Counted from the first letter of the stretch, positions 17,441 to 28,481 are shown. The stretch is DNA of 64,000 bases from Synergistaceae bacterium (GCA_031289955.1 JAITOL010000150.1:1247-65246), one strand, 5' to 3'. Made by a program: numbers and translations. Notes: generated from the letters alone by a model not told the origin.

Positions 17441-18821
17441 CCTCTGATTGAACCTTCTCCTGCAGGCGTTTCAATATCTGCCTGCTCAAATATTCTATGC
17501 TCCCGGCGCCGATGGTAAGTACCATATCGCCGGCCTGTACCGCTTCGCACACCTGATCCGCAGCCTCCTGAAAATCCGCGCACACAGCGGCGTCGAGACG
17601 CCCGAGCGAATGGAGCTCGTCAGCGATGAGGAAAGAGGATACCCCCGGTATCGGAGTTTCATCCGCCGAATAGATGGGGAGGATATAAATTCTGCCGGCG
17701 TTTTGAAGCACGGACGCGAAATCACGATATAGAACCTGGGTTCTCGTGTACCTGTGGGGCTGAAAAACGACGTGCGTGCTGCGGCAAAACGCTCCGTCTA
17801 CCGCCGCCATAGTGGCCGCTATCTCACGGGGATGATGGCCGTAATCGTCATATATCAAAATGTTGCCGACGTCTCCTATGAATTGGAGGCGGCGTTTAGC
17901 CCCCTTGAATATCCCGAGTGATTTCAAGGCCGACTCGAAAGGAACTCCCATAGCGTCAGACGCGGCAAACGCAGCTAACGAGTTGAGCACGTTGTGTTCG
18001 CCCGACACCTTGAGGCGCACTTCTCCGAGGGAACGCCCATCGCGAATGACCTCATATCTCACGCCGCCTCCGGCGAGATGCCCGACCCCGACAGCTCCCC
18101 AATTCCAGCCCAATCCCCAACCATAAGTCACCGCATTTTTCACCGCGCCGGAGGCGAGCAGCCTTGAAACGCCGGAATCCTCGCCGCAGACTATAGCGGG
18201 AGCATTTGTCTTGCTGCCTCGGACATATCTGTCGAACGCTTCCACTACCAAATCGTACGTCGGATAGTGATCGACATGATCCCAGTCTATATTCGTTATT
18301 ATGGTGACGGCGGGAGAGAAGAGCTCGAATGAACCGTCGCTTTCGTCAAGTTCGGCGACCATATACTCCCCTTTGCCGAGTTTCGCGTTACACCCGATAT
18401 CGGACAATTCCCCGCCTATGGCGACGGTCGGGTCAAACCCGGCCAGCTCCGCTATAAGGGAAATCATCGACGATGTGGTCGTCTTTCCGTGAGTGCCAGC
18501 CACGCCCACTCCGAAGCGGCTGTTGAATATAAGGCTCAGCATCTCGGCGCGCCTGGCTACCGTTATGCCCCGTTTGCGAGCTTCTATCAGCTCGGGATGA
18601 TCCTGGGCTATAGCGCTGGTGTGTATTATGAGCCCGGGTTTATAGAGGTCGAGATGCGCTTTATGATGCCCCATGGAAACCTCCACGCCCTCCCGCCTGA
18701 TCTTCTCGACGTAGAAGGAATTCTCGGCGTCACACCCGCTTACCGTGTGACCCATCGAATGAAGGAGGAGGGCAAGGCCGCTCATTCCGGCGCCCCCAAT
18801 TCCCATGAGGTGAATGTTCAT
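17418..18821 (-). CDS. murC: UDP-N-acetylmuramate--L-alanine ligase
   Basis: MGIGGAGMSGLA and GTHGKTTT motifs. Start moved to the internal ATG (MNIHLMGIGG) at 18821, downstream of the murG stop. The ORF-track start is 18890. Confidence 0.94.
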   Translation of the reverse strand: MNIHLMGIGGAGMSGLALLLHSMGHTVSGCDAENSFYVEKIRREGVEVSMGHHKAHLDLYKPGLIIHTSAIAQDHPELIEARKRGITVARRAEMLSLIFNSRFGVGVAGTHGKTTTSSMISLIAELAGFDPTVAIGGELSDIGCNAKLGKGEYMVAELDESDGSFELFSPAVTIITNIDWDHVDHYPTYDLVVEAFDRYVRGSKTNAPAIVCGEDSGVSRLLASGAVKNAVTYGWGLGWNWGAVGVGHLAGGGVRYEVIRDGRSLGEVRLKVSGEHNVLNSLAAFAASDAMGVPFESALKSLGIFKGAKRRLQFIGDVGNILIYDDYGHHPREIAATMAAVDGAFCRSTHVVFQPHRYTRTQVLYRDFASVLQNAGRIYILPIYSADETPIPGVSSFLIADELHSLGRLDAAVCADFQEAADQVCEAVQAGDMVLTIGAGSIEYLSRQILKRLQEKVQSEDEAAVGA

Positions 18822-18846
18822 ATGTTTTTTTATGTCGATGAAGGCT

Positions 18847-19971
18847 TCAGCCTCCAAAATCAACCTCTCCCTTCCTTGAGCCGACGGCAAAATCCATTAA
18901 CCTCCGACAAATTTTTTCGCCGTACATGCTCGCATTATACAACATGTTCCCGATATTGCTGTTTTTGTCTCCGAAAATGGCGTATAGTTTTTGCAATTTA
19001 TCAGCCAAATCGGTCAATGAACTTTCGTCCTCATTCCAGATCAGTATTTTAGAGCATGAGGCGGCGCGGGCATTTTTCATCTGGTGATCATCCAAAGCGC
19101 CCCTCCAGGGGGCCACGACCGCCGGCATATCAAGAGCCCTCACCTCCGACAGGGTGGAAGCCCCTCCCCTTGTAACGAGCAGGTCAGATACGACATAAAG
19201 AGGCGTTATATCCCACATGCGCGGCAGAAGCGTCACATTGACGCTCGCTTTGCGCACAGAGTCCGCAGATGGATCCACGACGAAAAATCTCCATGATGAA
19301 AACAACTCCATCTTTGTGAGCTCAAGCAACGCCTCAGCGAGCTTGCCGCTTCCAAGTGAACCTGTCATCACGGCCACCGTCGGTCCTCCCGTTTTTTCAT
19401 CCTCAACCCCCAGCGCCTCCCATGCCTCTTTTCTATTCATCTTTTCGAAACGACGCACCGGAACGCCCACATTCGCGTAACTTCCGTCTTTGAGCGGCTC
19501 GCAGTCGCTCCAGCCGGCGGCGACCGGTATATTCATCATCGCGGCGGCCCTTGTGACGCGCCCGGCGCGCGCGTTCTGTTCGTGAATGACCGAGCGTAAG
19601 CCGCTGAGTTTTCCGGCCAAAAGCGCCGGCATCGACACGTAACCTCCGAAGAGAACGCAGATATCAGGCGACATTTTTTTGAGAAAGCGTACTGCCTGAA
19701 AAAAACCAAAAAACAGTTCGGCCCATCGTTTTATCATCCTCACCCCAGGAACGCCCAGCGGGGAACCGGAAACGCCGACTGTATACGGCTCTATTTCAAA
19801 GGCCCGATATATTTCAAGTTCGATGGAACGGGAACCGGACATGAAAGCGACGTTGACGTCCGGATGCGCCTCGCGCAGCCAGTCTCCGAACGCTATGGCG
19901 GGAAGTATGTGACCTCCGGTGCCTCCGGCCACGAGCAGCATCGTGATTGGATTCCCGTCCGCGCGCTTCAT
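18847..19971 (-). CDS. murG: Undecaprenyl-PP-MurNAc-pentapeptide GlcNAc transferase
   Basis: GGTGGHILPA motif. The internal ATG at 19971 (MKRADGNPITMLLVAGG) forms an ATGA overlap with the ftsW stop. The ORF-track start is 20031. Confidence 0.93.
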   Translation of the reverse strand: MKRADGNPITMLLVAGGTGGHILPAIAFGDWLREAHPDVNVAFMSGSRSIELEIYRAFEIEPYTVGVSGSPLGVPGVRMIKRWAELFFGFFQAVRFLKKMSPDICVLFGGYVSMPALLAGKLSGLRSVIHEQNARAGRVTRAAAMMNIPVAAGWSDCEPLKDGSYANVGVPVRRFEKMNRKEAWEALGVEDEKTGGPTVAVMTGSLGSGKLAEALLELTKMELFSSWRFFVVDPSADSVRKASVNVTLLPRMWDITPLYVVSDLLVTRGGASTLSEVRALDMPAVVAPWRGALDDHQMKNARAASCSKILIWNEDESSLTDLADKLQKLYAIFGDKNSNIGNMLYNASMYGEKICRRLMDFAVGSRKGEVDFGG

Positions 19972-21107
19972 ACGGCGACGCCTCTTGAAATGTCCTTTTG
20001 GAGACGCAGCAGAACACCGACACGCATCCATGACATGATGAGCGCGCTGCCGCCGTAACTTATAAAAGGAAGAGGGATGCCGGTCAATGGAATCATGTTC
20101 GTCACACCGGCTATATTTATAAAAAAAGGCAATATTATGGTAAGGGCCACACCCCAGACCAATGCGGCCTGATAGCCGTCAGGCACTCTGTTATAGAGGG
20201 CGCGGCAGCGAAAAAGCCAGAAGGTCATGAGCGCAAGTACGCTCAGAGTTCCGATGAGGCCCAGCTCCTCGCCCATGGCGGCGTATATGAAGTCAGTGTA
20301 GGCGGCAGGGAGGTATTGAAGCTTCTGGAATCCGTGCCCCAACCCCGCTCCCCAGGCCCCTCCGTTCGCGAACGCAATGAGGCCCTGTATCGTCTGGAAG
20401 CCGGTGTCGAGTGGATCGGCGTAAGGATCGAGGAACGCGCTGATGCGCCGCATCCTGTACGGTTCGAAAAGAATCAGCAAAAGAAACCCAACGCCGCAGA
20501 ACATAACGGCCATGGCAGGATACGTCAAGCCGAACCGTTCCACAAACATGCCCATGCATACCATGACCAAAAATATGGTGGAGCCGAGATCGGGCTGCAG
20601 CATGAGCGGAAGGCACGAAACTATCAGCAGGATAATAATGAGGCGGAAGCATTTCAACGAGTCCAGCCTGTGTTTCTCGAACAGTTTCCCCGATTCGAGC
20701 ACAGTGGCTAGTATCATTATCTCGGACGGCTGTATGGATATTCCCCCAACCCTTATCCAGCGGCTCGCGCCGCCGATTGAACTCCCCACGCCCGGAATCA
20801 GCGTGGCTGCCAGCATAATTATGGAGGCGATCCAGAAAGCTCCCGATATGTTGTACCAGAATCGCATGGGTATGCAAAAAGTTACGAGCATCATCACAAA
20901 ACCCACACCCAGAGAGCGAAGCTGTCTCATACCCATTGTAAAGGGCGTTCCGGAAACGTCGTATACAAAGTTGCTCGTCGTGGACGTCACCATCAATATA
21001 CCAAGACCGCTCAAAATCAGCGGCAGCAGCCATAGCCAGATATCGACCCTGCCGGCGGTTTCGTTATCCTGGAGAACGTCGTCAGCGTACAGTGTCATTT
21101 GCCTCAC
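19968..21107 (-). CDS. ftsW: SEDS-family peptidoglycan glycosyltransferase FtsW
   Basis: 379-aa polytopic membrane protein of the FtsW/RodA type, located between murD and murG. Confidence 0.92.
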   Translation of the reverse strand: MRQMTLYADDVLQDNETAGRVDIWLWLLPLILSGLGILMVTSTTSNFVYDVSGTPFTMGMRQLRSLGVGFVMMLVTFCIPMRFWYNISGAFWIASIIMLAATLIPGVGSSIGGASRWIRVGGISIQPSEIMILATVLESGKLFEKHRLDSLKCFRLIIILLIVSCLPLMLQPDLGSTIFLVMVCMGMFVERFGLTYPAMAVMFCGVGFLLLILFEPYRMRRISAFLDPYADPLDTGFQTIQGLIAFANGGAWGAGLGHGFQKLQYLPAAYTDFIYAAMGEELGLIGTLSVLALMTFWLFRCRALYNRVPDGYQAALVWGVALTIILPFFINIAGVTNMIPLTGIPLPFISYGGSALIMSWMRVGVLLRLQKDISRGVAV

Positions 21108-22446
21108 CCGCGTATCTCATGACGAGAACCGCAAAATGATCCCCGCGTTCTTTATAGTTGTTGTAGGCGTCCCAACTCGTGCAAGCGGGCGACAGAAGGA
21201 TCGAGTCGCCCGGCCGGGCCATGGCGGAAGCGCCCTGTACAGCCGATTCCATGTCTCCCACTTCCGCGAAATCCGAGTATCCGCCTTTAGATAGCTCGCC
21301 AGCGAGCTTATGAGACTCCTCCCCTATGAGCATCGCGTATTTCGCGTGTTTCTTGAGAGGTTCCACCAGTGTGGAGTAATCCTCGCCTTTTCCCCGCCCT
21401 CCCAGAATGACTATATGCGGTCCTTCTATGGAGGACATGGCGGTCACGGATGCGGCAATGTTGGTTCCCTTCGAGTCGTCTATGTACCTGACGCCGTTCT
21501 TTACTACGACGAGCCTGCATCTGTGAGGAGGCGCCTCATAAGATCCGAGAGACGAGCGCGCCGCAGTTGAATCGAGATCGAGAAGCCTGACGCAAGCCAT
21601 GGCCATTGCGATATTTTCCATGTTGTGAGCGCCTATCAAATTAGTCTCGTCGAAGCAAAACAATTGTGACTCATACATAAAAGCCGATTTTTCGGGCGCG
21701 CTGAGCGATATGGCGTCGCCCGAAGAGGGAACGTCCCATTCGAGGTAACGGGTTTTTCTCCCGGGAACGGCGAGCGACTCCGTATCCCTGCGCTGGAGAA
21801 CGCAAAAACCGCCGTCATACACGAAACTCAGTATCTTCGCTTTTGCCGCTACGTAGCCGTTGTACGACCCGTGCCAGTCGATATGATCGGGCGCAAGGTT
21901 CGTCACTATCGCGCCCGCGAGTCCTATGGACGTCGCCCAATGAAGCTGAAAACTGCTGAGTTCGAGCGCGATATAATCGTAATCAGCTCCCGCGAAGTCG
22001 GCTATCGGGCTTCCTATATTGCCCGCCGTCGCGCATTTTGCCCCGCTCGCGTTTATGAGATGCCCCAGAAGCGACGTCGTGGTGGTCTTTCCGTTGCTGC
22101 CGGTTACTCCTATGACCTTACCTCCGATGTGCGGCAGAACGAAATCGAGCTCGCCCGTCGGCGTAATCCCGCGTTCATACAGCTTTGCGATTATCGGAGC
22201 ATTGCGAGGGAACCCGGAACCCACCACGATCCGGTCGCCTCTTAAAGCGCGCTCAGTATGTCCGGCCTGTTCATACTGTATCCGTGCCGCGTCGAGAGTT
22301 TCTATGGACGATGTGGAAATTTTCCCCGCATCTGATATGAACGCTTCCGCTCCGAGTTTTTGGGCGAGAAGCGCGATGGAGACGCCGCTCACTCCAGCTC
22401 CGAGCACCGTTACTTTGGCTCCGTCAAGAATTTTTTCATCGGACAC
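21082..22446 (-). CDS. murD: UDP-N-acetylmuramoylalanine--D-glutamate ligase
   Basis: 454 aa with VLGAGVSG and GVTGSNGKTTTTSL motifs. Confidence 0.95.
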   Translation of the reverse strand: MSDEKILDGAKVTVLGAGVSGVSIALLAQKLGAEAFISDAGKISTSSIETLDAARIQYEQAGHTERALRGDRIVVGSGFPRNAPIIAKLYERGITPTGELDFVLPHIGGKVIGVTGSNGKTTTTSLLGHLINASGAKCATAGNIGSPIADFAGADYDYIALELSSFQLHWATSIGLAGAIVTNLAPDHIDWHGSYNGYVAAKAKILSFVYDGGFCVLQRRDTESLAVPGRKTRYLEWDVPSSGDAISLSAPEKSAFMYESQLFCFDETNLIGAHNMENIAMAMACVRLLDLDSTAARSSLGSYEAPPHRCRLVVVKNGVRYIDDSKGTNIAASVTAMSSIEGPHIVILGGRGKGEDYSTLVEPLKKHAKYAMLIGEESHKLAGELSKGGYSDFAEVGDMESAVQGASAMARPGDSILLSPACTSWDAYNNYKERGDHFAVLVMRYAGEANDTVR

Positions 22447-23422
22447 TTCCCGCCCCTCCCCTCAAAATGGTCTCTATAAAAATTATGATGACGATTATTC
22501 CGGCCAGATGCGCCAGCATGAATCTGGCCACGATGGACGGTTCGCTCAGCCCTGACAGTTCAAAATGGTGATGAAGCGGGCTCATCCTGAAAACTCTCTT
22601 CCCGAACGCCCTGATGGTAAATATCTGTATCGCGGACGTCGCAAGCTCTATGCCGAAGATGAATCCCGCCGGTATCACGAATATCATCGAATGGGAGGCA
22701 ACACAGAGGCTCAGGAGAAGTCCTCCCCAGAAATGAGAGCCCACATCTCCCATAAAAATGGCGGCGGGGTTGGAATTATGCCACAGAAAAGCGAGCGCCG
22801 CGGCGAGGCCCAATGACGCGGAAACCAGAACCGGGACTCCGCGAGCCCATATGAACATCGTCGCCAGCGAAATAGACACAGCTCCTCCGGCCAAACCGTC
22901 AAGACCATCCGTGACGTTCACGGCATTGAGCGCGGCAACGCAGAGAAACACGAGCAAAGGCGCGCCCAAATACCCCGGCAGAGCTATATTAGGGGTCAGA
23001 TAGACGCCGCCGCGCGAGACAAAATAAACCCATACGCCGCTCATAACTATCTGAAGGAACAGTTTTTGAAGACTCCTCAGCCCCTCGCTCGAACGGCTCG
23101 AATATTTCAGAACATCGTCCGCAAGACCGACAAGTCCGGCCATCAGCGGATATGACCATATATATATGAGATCGTTTCTGCCGGACAACTCGCATAAATA
23201 AGCCGCGCCGGCCATGAACGGCGCCAGCAGGAAGACGACGATGCCGCCCATCCCCGGGGTGCCCCTCTTTTTTTTGTGTCCCTCGGGACCGTACTCCTTT
23301 ATGGCCTCTCCCAACCGCATGCGTCTCATCAGGGCAATCCACATCCCCTGCATGTAAATGGCGACCGAGAAAAATATTATGCCCAGGCACAGGATTTTAA
23401 TCTTCATAACGTTCACCGTCAA
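22436..23422 (-). CDS. mraY: Phospho-N-acetylmuramoyl-pentapeptide transferase
   Basis: 328 aa with GLADDVLK, NAVNVTDGLDGLAGG, FMGDVGS and SPLHHHFE motifs. TTG start. Confidence 0.96.
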   Translation of the reverse strand: MTVNVMKIKILCLGIIFFSVAIYMQGMWIALMRRMRLGEAIKEYGPEGHKKKRGTPGMGGIVVFLLAPFMAGAAYLCELSGRNDLIYIWSYPLMAGLVGLADDVLKYSSRSSEGLRSLQKLFLQIVMSGVWVYFVSRGGVYLTPNIALPGYLGAPLLVFLCVAALNAVNVTDGLDGLAGGAVSISLATMFIWARGVPVLVSASLGLAAALAFLWHNSNPAAIFMGDVGSHFWGGLLLSLCVASHSMIFVIPAGFIFGIELATSAIQIFTIRAFGKRVFRMSPLHHHFELSGLSEPSIVARFMLAHLAGIIVIIIFIETILRGGAGSVR

Positions 23423-24842
23423 AGCAGGGCATGATCGCTTCGAGTTCGTAAAAACGCGACCCTTTCACAAGTATCACGGAGCGGGAGAGCGACGAAAAAT
23501 CAAAATCCCGCGTCATTTGAGACGCGGACTCCCATACTCCCCTCAGGGACGCAATAGCCGCATTGGCGCCGCCCCACTCCGCCCCTATCAGATATATCTC
23601 ATCGAGCAGCGAAGCTCTGTTCAGTATCACATCATGCCAGTGGGCCGCCTCAGTTCCAAGCTCCCTCATGCCGCCAAGAATGGCTATACGTCTGTAATCC
23701 CCGGGCGTTTCGAGTTCCAGTATATTCTTTATGGCGTGCGACACGGACGAAGGATTGGCGTTGTACGTCTCATCGATCACCAAACAGTCGTTTTTAGCGC
23801 GCCGCAATGAGCCTCGTCCCGCCGGAAGCTCGAACGAGGAGGCCTCACGGAGAAAAACATCGTCGTCCAAGCCCATTTGAACGGACACGGCATACGCGAA
23901 CGCTATATTCTTAGCGTGCTGCCTGCCGAAAACCGGAGACGAGCAGGAAAGTTTCCTCTCCCCTCTGGAAAGCGCGACCGACAGGGCAGGAACGAACGAC
24001 GAATCGACGCTCTGCCTTACGTCCGATATGCGGACGCCGAAATTGGAGTACCCAACCCCCACCTGTTTTATGCCGCCTTTTTTTACCTTCTCCCCGTTTG
24101 GCATTCTGGATACGGCCGAAGTCAACATGTCATTATCCGAATTATAAGACAAATACTCGAGGATGCCCGATTCGGCCATCTCCATCTTTGCCTCCAGTAC
24201 CCCTTCGATACTTCCAAATCCCTCGATATGAGCGTGCGTAACCTCGGTAATGACGCCGTGCGTCACGGGAAAACGCTCCACAAGCGTTTTGATTTCTCCC
24301 GAATGGTTCGCTCCGAGCTCCAGTATCAATATCTCCGTGTCGCGCGGCATGGCAAGTATCGTCATTGACGACCCTATAAGCGTGTTGTAGCTCTTGATCG
24401 CGGAATGTGTCCTGAAATGGCGCTTCAAAACCGCGTATATAAATTCGCGCGTCGTGGTCTTGCCGACGCTTCCTGTTATGCCGATTACCTTTGGAGACAC
24501 CGCGTCCAGCCAGGCGCGCGCGAGAATAGCGGCGCCCTCGGAGGCGTTCTCCGAAACGAGCAGCATTACTCCGCAACCCTCCAGTTTTTCCCTGTGAGCT
24601 TCAAAATAACTCCGGTCGAGCATAACGCACGAAGCTCCGTCATCCGCTGCCGACGTGATATAGTCGTGCCCGTCGACCCTAGCCCCTTTGATCGCAATGA
24701 AAACGTCGCCGGAATCGACATTCCTGTTGTCGGTCTTGAATCCCTGAGACAGCAGTTCTCCGCCCCGAGAGGCAGGGAACGCGCTCCCCCCGATTATATC
24801 CGCGGCTTCATTCAAAGTGAAAAAATCACGCGCGGCGAACAT
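23397..24842 (-). CDS. murF: UDP-MurNAc-tripeptide--D-Ala-D-Ala ligase
   Basis: ITGSVGKTTT motif. Start moved to the internal ATG (MFAARDFFTLNEAADIIGG) at 24842, 2 nt after the murE stop. The ORF-track start is 24878. Confidence 0.94.
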   Translation of the reverse strand: MFAARDFFTLNEAADIIGGSAFPASRGGELLSQGFKTDNRNVDSGDVFIAIKGARVDGHDYITSAADDGASCVMLDRSYFEAHREKLEGCGVMLLVSENASEGAAILARAWLDAVSPKVIGITGSVGKTTTREFIYAVLKRHFRTHSAIKSYNTLIGSSMTILAMPRDTEILILELGANHSGEIKTLVERFPVTHGVITEVTHAHIEGFGSIEGVLEAKMEMAESGILEYLSYNSDNDMLTSAVSRMPNGEKVKKGGIKQVGVGYSNFGVRISDVRQSVDSSFVPALSVALSRGERKLSCSSPVFGRQHAKNIAFAYAVSVQMGLDDDVFLREASSFELPAGRGSLRRAKNDCLVIDETYNANPSSVSHAIKNILELETPGDYRRIAILGGMRELGTEAAHWHDVILNRASLLDEIYLIGAEWGGANAAIASLRGVWESASQMTRDFDFSSLSRSVILVKGSRFYELEAIMPCFDGERYED

Positions 24843-24844
24843 GA

Positions 24845-26347
24845 TCAATTTACCTCCAGGGAGCGATTTCTGCCCCATGCCGTTACCTCGTCCGCGTCAA
24901 GGAAGGGAACCCTGTGCGTCTTGTAATCGATATGACGCTCGGGGCCCTTGCCCGCGATCAGAACCACATCGCCAATGCCGGCCGAATCCAGAATACGCGC
25001 TATTGCCTCGCCCCGATCGAGTATCGTCTCGCACCTGACGTTCACGCCGGAGCGCGTCACCCCAACTTCGATGTCTCGCGCTATATCCGCCGGAGACTCG
25101 CTTCTTGGATTGTCGGTAGATATGACGACGTGATCCGCCATCCGAGCCATGAGTTCGCCGACGACAGGACGTTTCAGAGGCGTTCTGTCGCCTCCCGCGC
25201 CCCAAAGGACGTGAAGGCGGCCTCGAACCAGCGACCGAAGCGTACCCATAGCCTGCTTCATTCCGTCTTCGCTGTGGGCAAAATCAACGAAAGCCGTAAC
25301 TCCGTTTGAAAACGAATATCTTTCGAGCCTGCCCGGTATCCGTGTGCAGAGCGATACGCCGCGACTAATGGTATCGGAATCGAAACCGAGCGAGTCCGCC
25401 AATACCGCGCTCTCGAGGATATTGGACGCGTTATAAGCCCCTATCAGCGGAGAATGAACCATATAGCTCCGTCCGTCCGGATAGGTTATGTCCAGGGACA
25501 TGCCGCTTATTCCGGAACTTGTAATGGACGCGGTGTAATATGCGTTACCGGAGTTTTCGCCCTGCGAATAACCATATATTTTTCCATTGAACTCATCGAT
25601 GAGCTTTTTGCCCCAGGCGTCGTCCGCGTTCGCCGCTCCGAGCCACTCTTCCGTCATATATTCGGTGAATAGCTTTCTTTTCGCCTCGAAATACCGCTCC
25701 ATATTCTCGTGATATTCGAGATGCTCCGGGGTCAGGTTGCTGAAACCGGCGCGGACAAACCCGCACCCGTCGAGCCGTCCCTGATCGAGCCCGTGAGACG
25801 ACGCCTCCATGACGCAATACGAGGCCCCGTTTGCCGCCATCTTAACGAGAAGGCGCTGAATGTCGGGCCCTTCGGGCGTAGTATGCTCCGCGTGAGTTTG
25901 CTCTTTGCCGTCGCAGTAAACGACAGTGCCTATCATGCCGCAGACCGCGCCTGAGGCGCGGACTATCGAGGTCGTGATATAAGTGGTTGTAGTCTTTCCA
26001 TTGGTCCCGGTGAGGCCGATCATTTTGAGCTTCCCCGAAGGCGTTCCGTATAATATGGACGCGGCAAGCCCCATTGCCCCCCTGACCCCGCTCGTTATTA
26101 TCTGAGGGATGGCCATGGGCAGAGCGCGTTCGCACAGCAAAGCGAGAGCCCCGTTCGCAACGGCGCTCTTCGCGAATTTATGACCGTCCGCGTTATCTCC
26201 CCTCACACAGGCGAATATTACTCCGCCGCCATCCGAAACGAGGCGGGAATCGTACGCGAGGTCCGTAATGTCGGGATTCGAGCCATGCGATATGAGCTCG
26301 GCGTCTTTGTGACGTTTAAGCTCTTCATACAGTTCGCTCAGCTTCAC
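24845..26347 (-). CDS. murE: UDP-MurNAc-L-Ala-D-Glu--2,6-diaminopimelate (or Lys) ligase
   Basis: 500 aa with LTGTNGKTTT and STDNPRSE motifs. Confidence 0.95.
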   Translation of the reverse strand: MKLSELYEELKRHKDAELISHGSNPDITDLAYDSRLVSDGGGVIFACVRGDNADGHKFAKSAVANGALALLCERALPMAIPQIITSGVRGAMGLAASILYGTPSGKLKMIGLTGTNGKTTTTYITTSIVRASGAVCGMIGTVVYCDGKEQTHAEHTTPEGPDIQRLLVKMAANGASYCVMEASSHGLDQGRLDGCGFVRAGFSNLTPEHLEYHENMERYFEAKRKLFTEYMTEEWLGAANADDAWGKKLIDEFNGKIYGYSQGENSGNAYYTASITSSGISGMSLDITYPDGRSYMVHSPLIGAYNASNILESAVLADSLGFDSDTISRGVSLCTRIPGRLERYSFSNGVTAFVDFAHSEDGMKQAMGTLRSLVRGRLHVLWGAGGDRTPLKRPVVGELMARMADHVVISTDNPRSESPADIARDIEVGVTRSGVNVRCETILDRGEAIARILDSAGIGDVVLIAGKGPERHIDYKTHRVPFLDADEVTAWGRNRSLEVN

Positions 26348-26371
26348 TACGACCTCACCTCCATTACAAAA

Positions 26372-28084
26372 CTAATTCTTCAGCGCTCCGCCGCCGGATT
26401 CTTTAGCCAGCAGCGCGAGTTGCGCCATATCCTCGACAACCGCTTTGAATACTGGCGCCGCTATCTCTCCGCCATAATATTTGTTTCCCTTGGGTTCCCC
26501 CAATACTATCAAAAGAAGATAGTCGGGCTTGTTGTACGGCCAGAAACCGACGAAAGAGCTGGCGTACTGCCCCTTTACATATATGCCCTGAGTCGCGAGC
26601 TGAGCGGTGCCCGTTTTGCCCGCGAGCGCTATATCCTTCACACGCGCGCCCTTGCCCGTCCCGGTTTCAACGGTTTTATAGAGAGCCTCCCTTATCCATG
26701 AGGACGTCTGCTCACTCAGAACAGTCCTTCTCACTCTTTTCATTCCCTGATGGATTATTTCACCGCTCGCGTTTTTTACCTCGGCAATAATATATGGTTT
26801 CAATAAATTTCCGCCGTTCGCGATGGCGCTTATCCCCATCGCAAGCTGAAGAGGAGTCACAGCGAGACCCTGCCCCATGGCGACGTTCGCTTTCGTCATG
26901 CCAAGCCATTCCTCGGGAGCGCGCATCAACCCGTCCTCCTCGCCGGCGATCTCGACATCCGACTTCACCCCGAAACCAAACTGACGAAGCATGCCCGACG
27001 TTTTATGGACATTCATTTTATTTCCTATGGTAGCCATCCCGGTGTTGCAGGATTTTATCAAAAGACCTTCGAGCGTCAAATCGCCGTGGGCCGAAACGTC
27101 CCTTATGACTCCATCCGCCACAGCCACCTTGCCGTTGCAATAAAAGTGATCGCCGTTCGAAACGAGCCCCATCTCTTTCGCTATCCCAAGCATTATGGGC
27201 TTAAAGGTCGAACCGGGCTCGTAAACTCTGCTCGTCACGTTATTTCTGAGTATTTCGTTGTTCCCGAAGCTCGATCTGTCGTTGAGATCGACCCACGGAT
27301 AACTCGCCATAGCGAGCACCTCTCCGGTTCGGGGATTTACGCATATCCCCGCTCCCCATTTCGAGTTGCTGCTCTCGGCGCCTTCACGAAGCTTCCATTC
27401 GACGATCTGCTGTATTTTAGAATCGATCGTCAACTTGATGGCGCCTCCGCCGGTCTGCAATGTTCCCGCGTTGCTGCCTATCAGATCCAAAAGGTTTCCT
27501 TTGGCGTCCCTGACGAAGAGCCTGTTCTGCGGCGGAGAGAAAAGCACTTTGTTCCACTGCATTTCGACGCCGCTCAACCCGTAATCGTCTATATCGCAAA
27601 AACCTATGACATGGGACGCAAGCTCACTGTGAGGATACATGCGGTGGCTCTCGCGTATAGTGAAAAGTCCCGGTATCTTCATATCCATAACCTGAGTCGC
27701 CGTTTCCATTGGAACCTTTCTTACCACCCAATGGAAGCGGCCCGAAAGGTTTTTGGAAAATTTCTCCGATATTCCTTTGCCAAAGAACGGTTCAAGCGCG
27801 TCCGCGCTCGTCGGAGACCAGTACATCGGGTCTACGAAAAAACTCACCGACGGCACCGATATGGCGAGCGGGACGTTATTTCTGTCCCGGATATCCCCGC
27901 GCGACGTCGATATTGGAATCTGCGCCCAATACTGCCTCTGGGACTGGCGCTTTATTCTCTCGTCAGGAAAAAGATGCACACTCACTGTCTGAGCCCCCAG
28001 GACGAGCATCAGAGAGAACGCCAGGAACCACGCCAATCGGGAATGCCACGATTCCCTCGGCAGCTTCGATCTAATCTTTGGCAT
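26372..28084 (-). CDS. ftsI: Class B penicillin-binding protein (division transpeptidase)
   Basis: GSTFKP, KSCNTG and AGKTGTA motifs, with an N-terminal transmembrane helix. Start set to the internal ATG at 28084 (MPKIRSKLPRESW). The exact start is uncertain; the ORF-track start is 28138. Confidence 0.92.
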   Translation of the reverse strand: MPKIRSKLPRESWHSRLAWFLAFSLMLVLGAQTVSVHLFPDERIKRQSQRQYWAQIPISTSRGDIRDRNNVPLAISVPSVSFFVDPMYWSPTSADALEPFFGKGISEKFSKNLSGRFHWVVRKVPMETATQVMDMKIPGLFTIRESHRMYPHSELASHVIGFCDIDDYGLSGVEMQWNKVLFSPPQNRLFVRDAKGNLLDLIGSNAGTLQTGGGAIKLTIDSKIQQIVEWKLREGAESSNSKWGAGICVNPRTGEVLAMASYPWVDLNDRSSFGNNEILRNNVTSRVYEPGSTFKPIMLGIAKEMGLVSNGDHFYCNGKVAVADGVIRDVSAHGDLTLEGLLIKSCNTGMATIGNKMNVHKTSGMLRQFGFGVKSDVEIAGEEDGLMRAPEEWLGMTKANVAMGQGLAVTPLQLAMGISAIANGGNLLKPYIIAEVKNASGEIIHQGMKRVRRTVLSEQTSSWIREALYKTVETGTGKGARVKDIALAGKTGTAQLATQGIYVKGQYASSFVGFWPYNKPDYLLLIVLGEPKGNKYYGGEIAAPVFKAVVEDMAQLALLAKESGGGALKN

Positions 28085-28481
28085 TTGCCGTACCGACCAA
28101 GAGCCTCTCAAGACCATCAGGTCCATTGACGGCTTCATTGGCGCTGGTTCCGGCGTTCGCTACTTCAGACCCCTTGTACGAATTGGATATGAGCTTTATC
28201 GTCTCCACTTCGCTCGCCGTAACCATATTGAGCTCGGATCTGGCATAGTTATATATACGGGACGGAGACAAAAGCGACGCGTGATACTCCTCGAGCAGAG
28301 CGTACTTATTTCCTATGGCTTCTATTTTCATAGAGCAGTCCGCCAGCCGGTGTTCGATATAAAGGCCATAAAGACGCGCGCTGCCCAAAGACAGCAGCGA
28401 AACTAGAACGCCAAAAAGGAACAATACGCAAAACATCGACTGTCTGTTTCTTTTCTCGTGCCTTGGAACCGGGGCTTTCAT
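28071..28481 (-). CDS. ftsL: FtsL-like division protein
   Basis: 136 aa with one transmembrane helix (FCVLFLFGVLVSLLSLG) followed by a helical/coiled region. Canonical slot between rsmH and ftsI. Confidence 0.75.
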   Translation of the reverse strand: MKAPVPRHEKRNRQSMFCVLFLFGVLVSLLSLGSARLYGLYIEHRLADCSMKIEAIGNKYALLEEYHASLLSPSRIYNYARSELNMVTASEVETIKLISNSYKGSEVANAGTSANEAVNGPDGLERLLVGTANAKD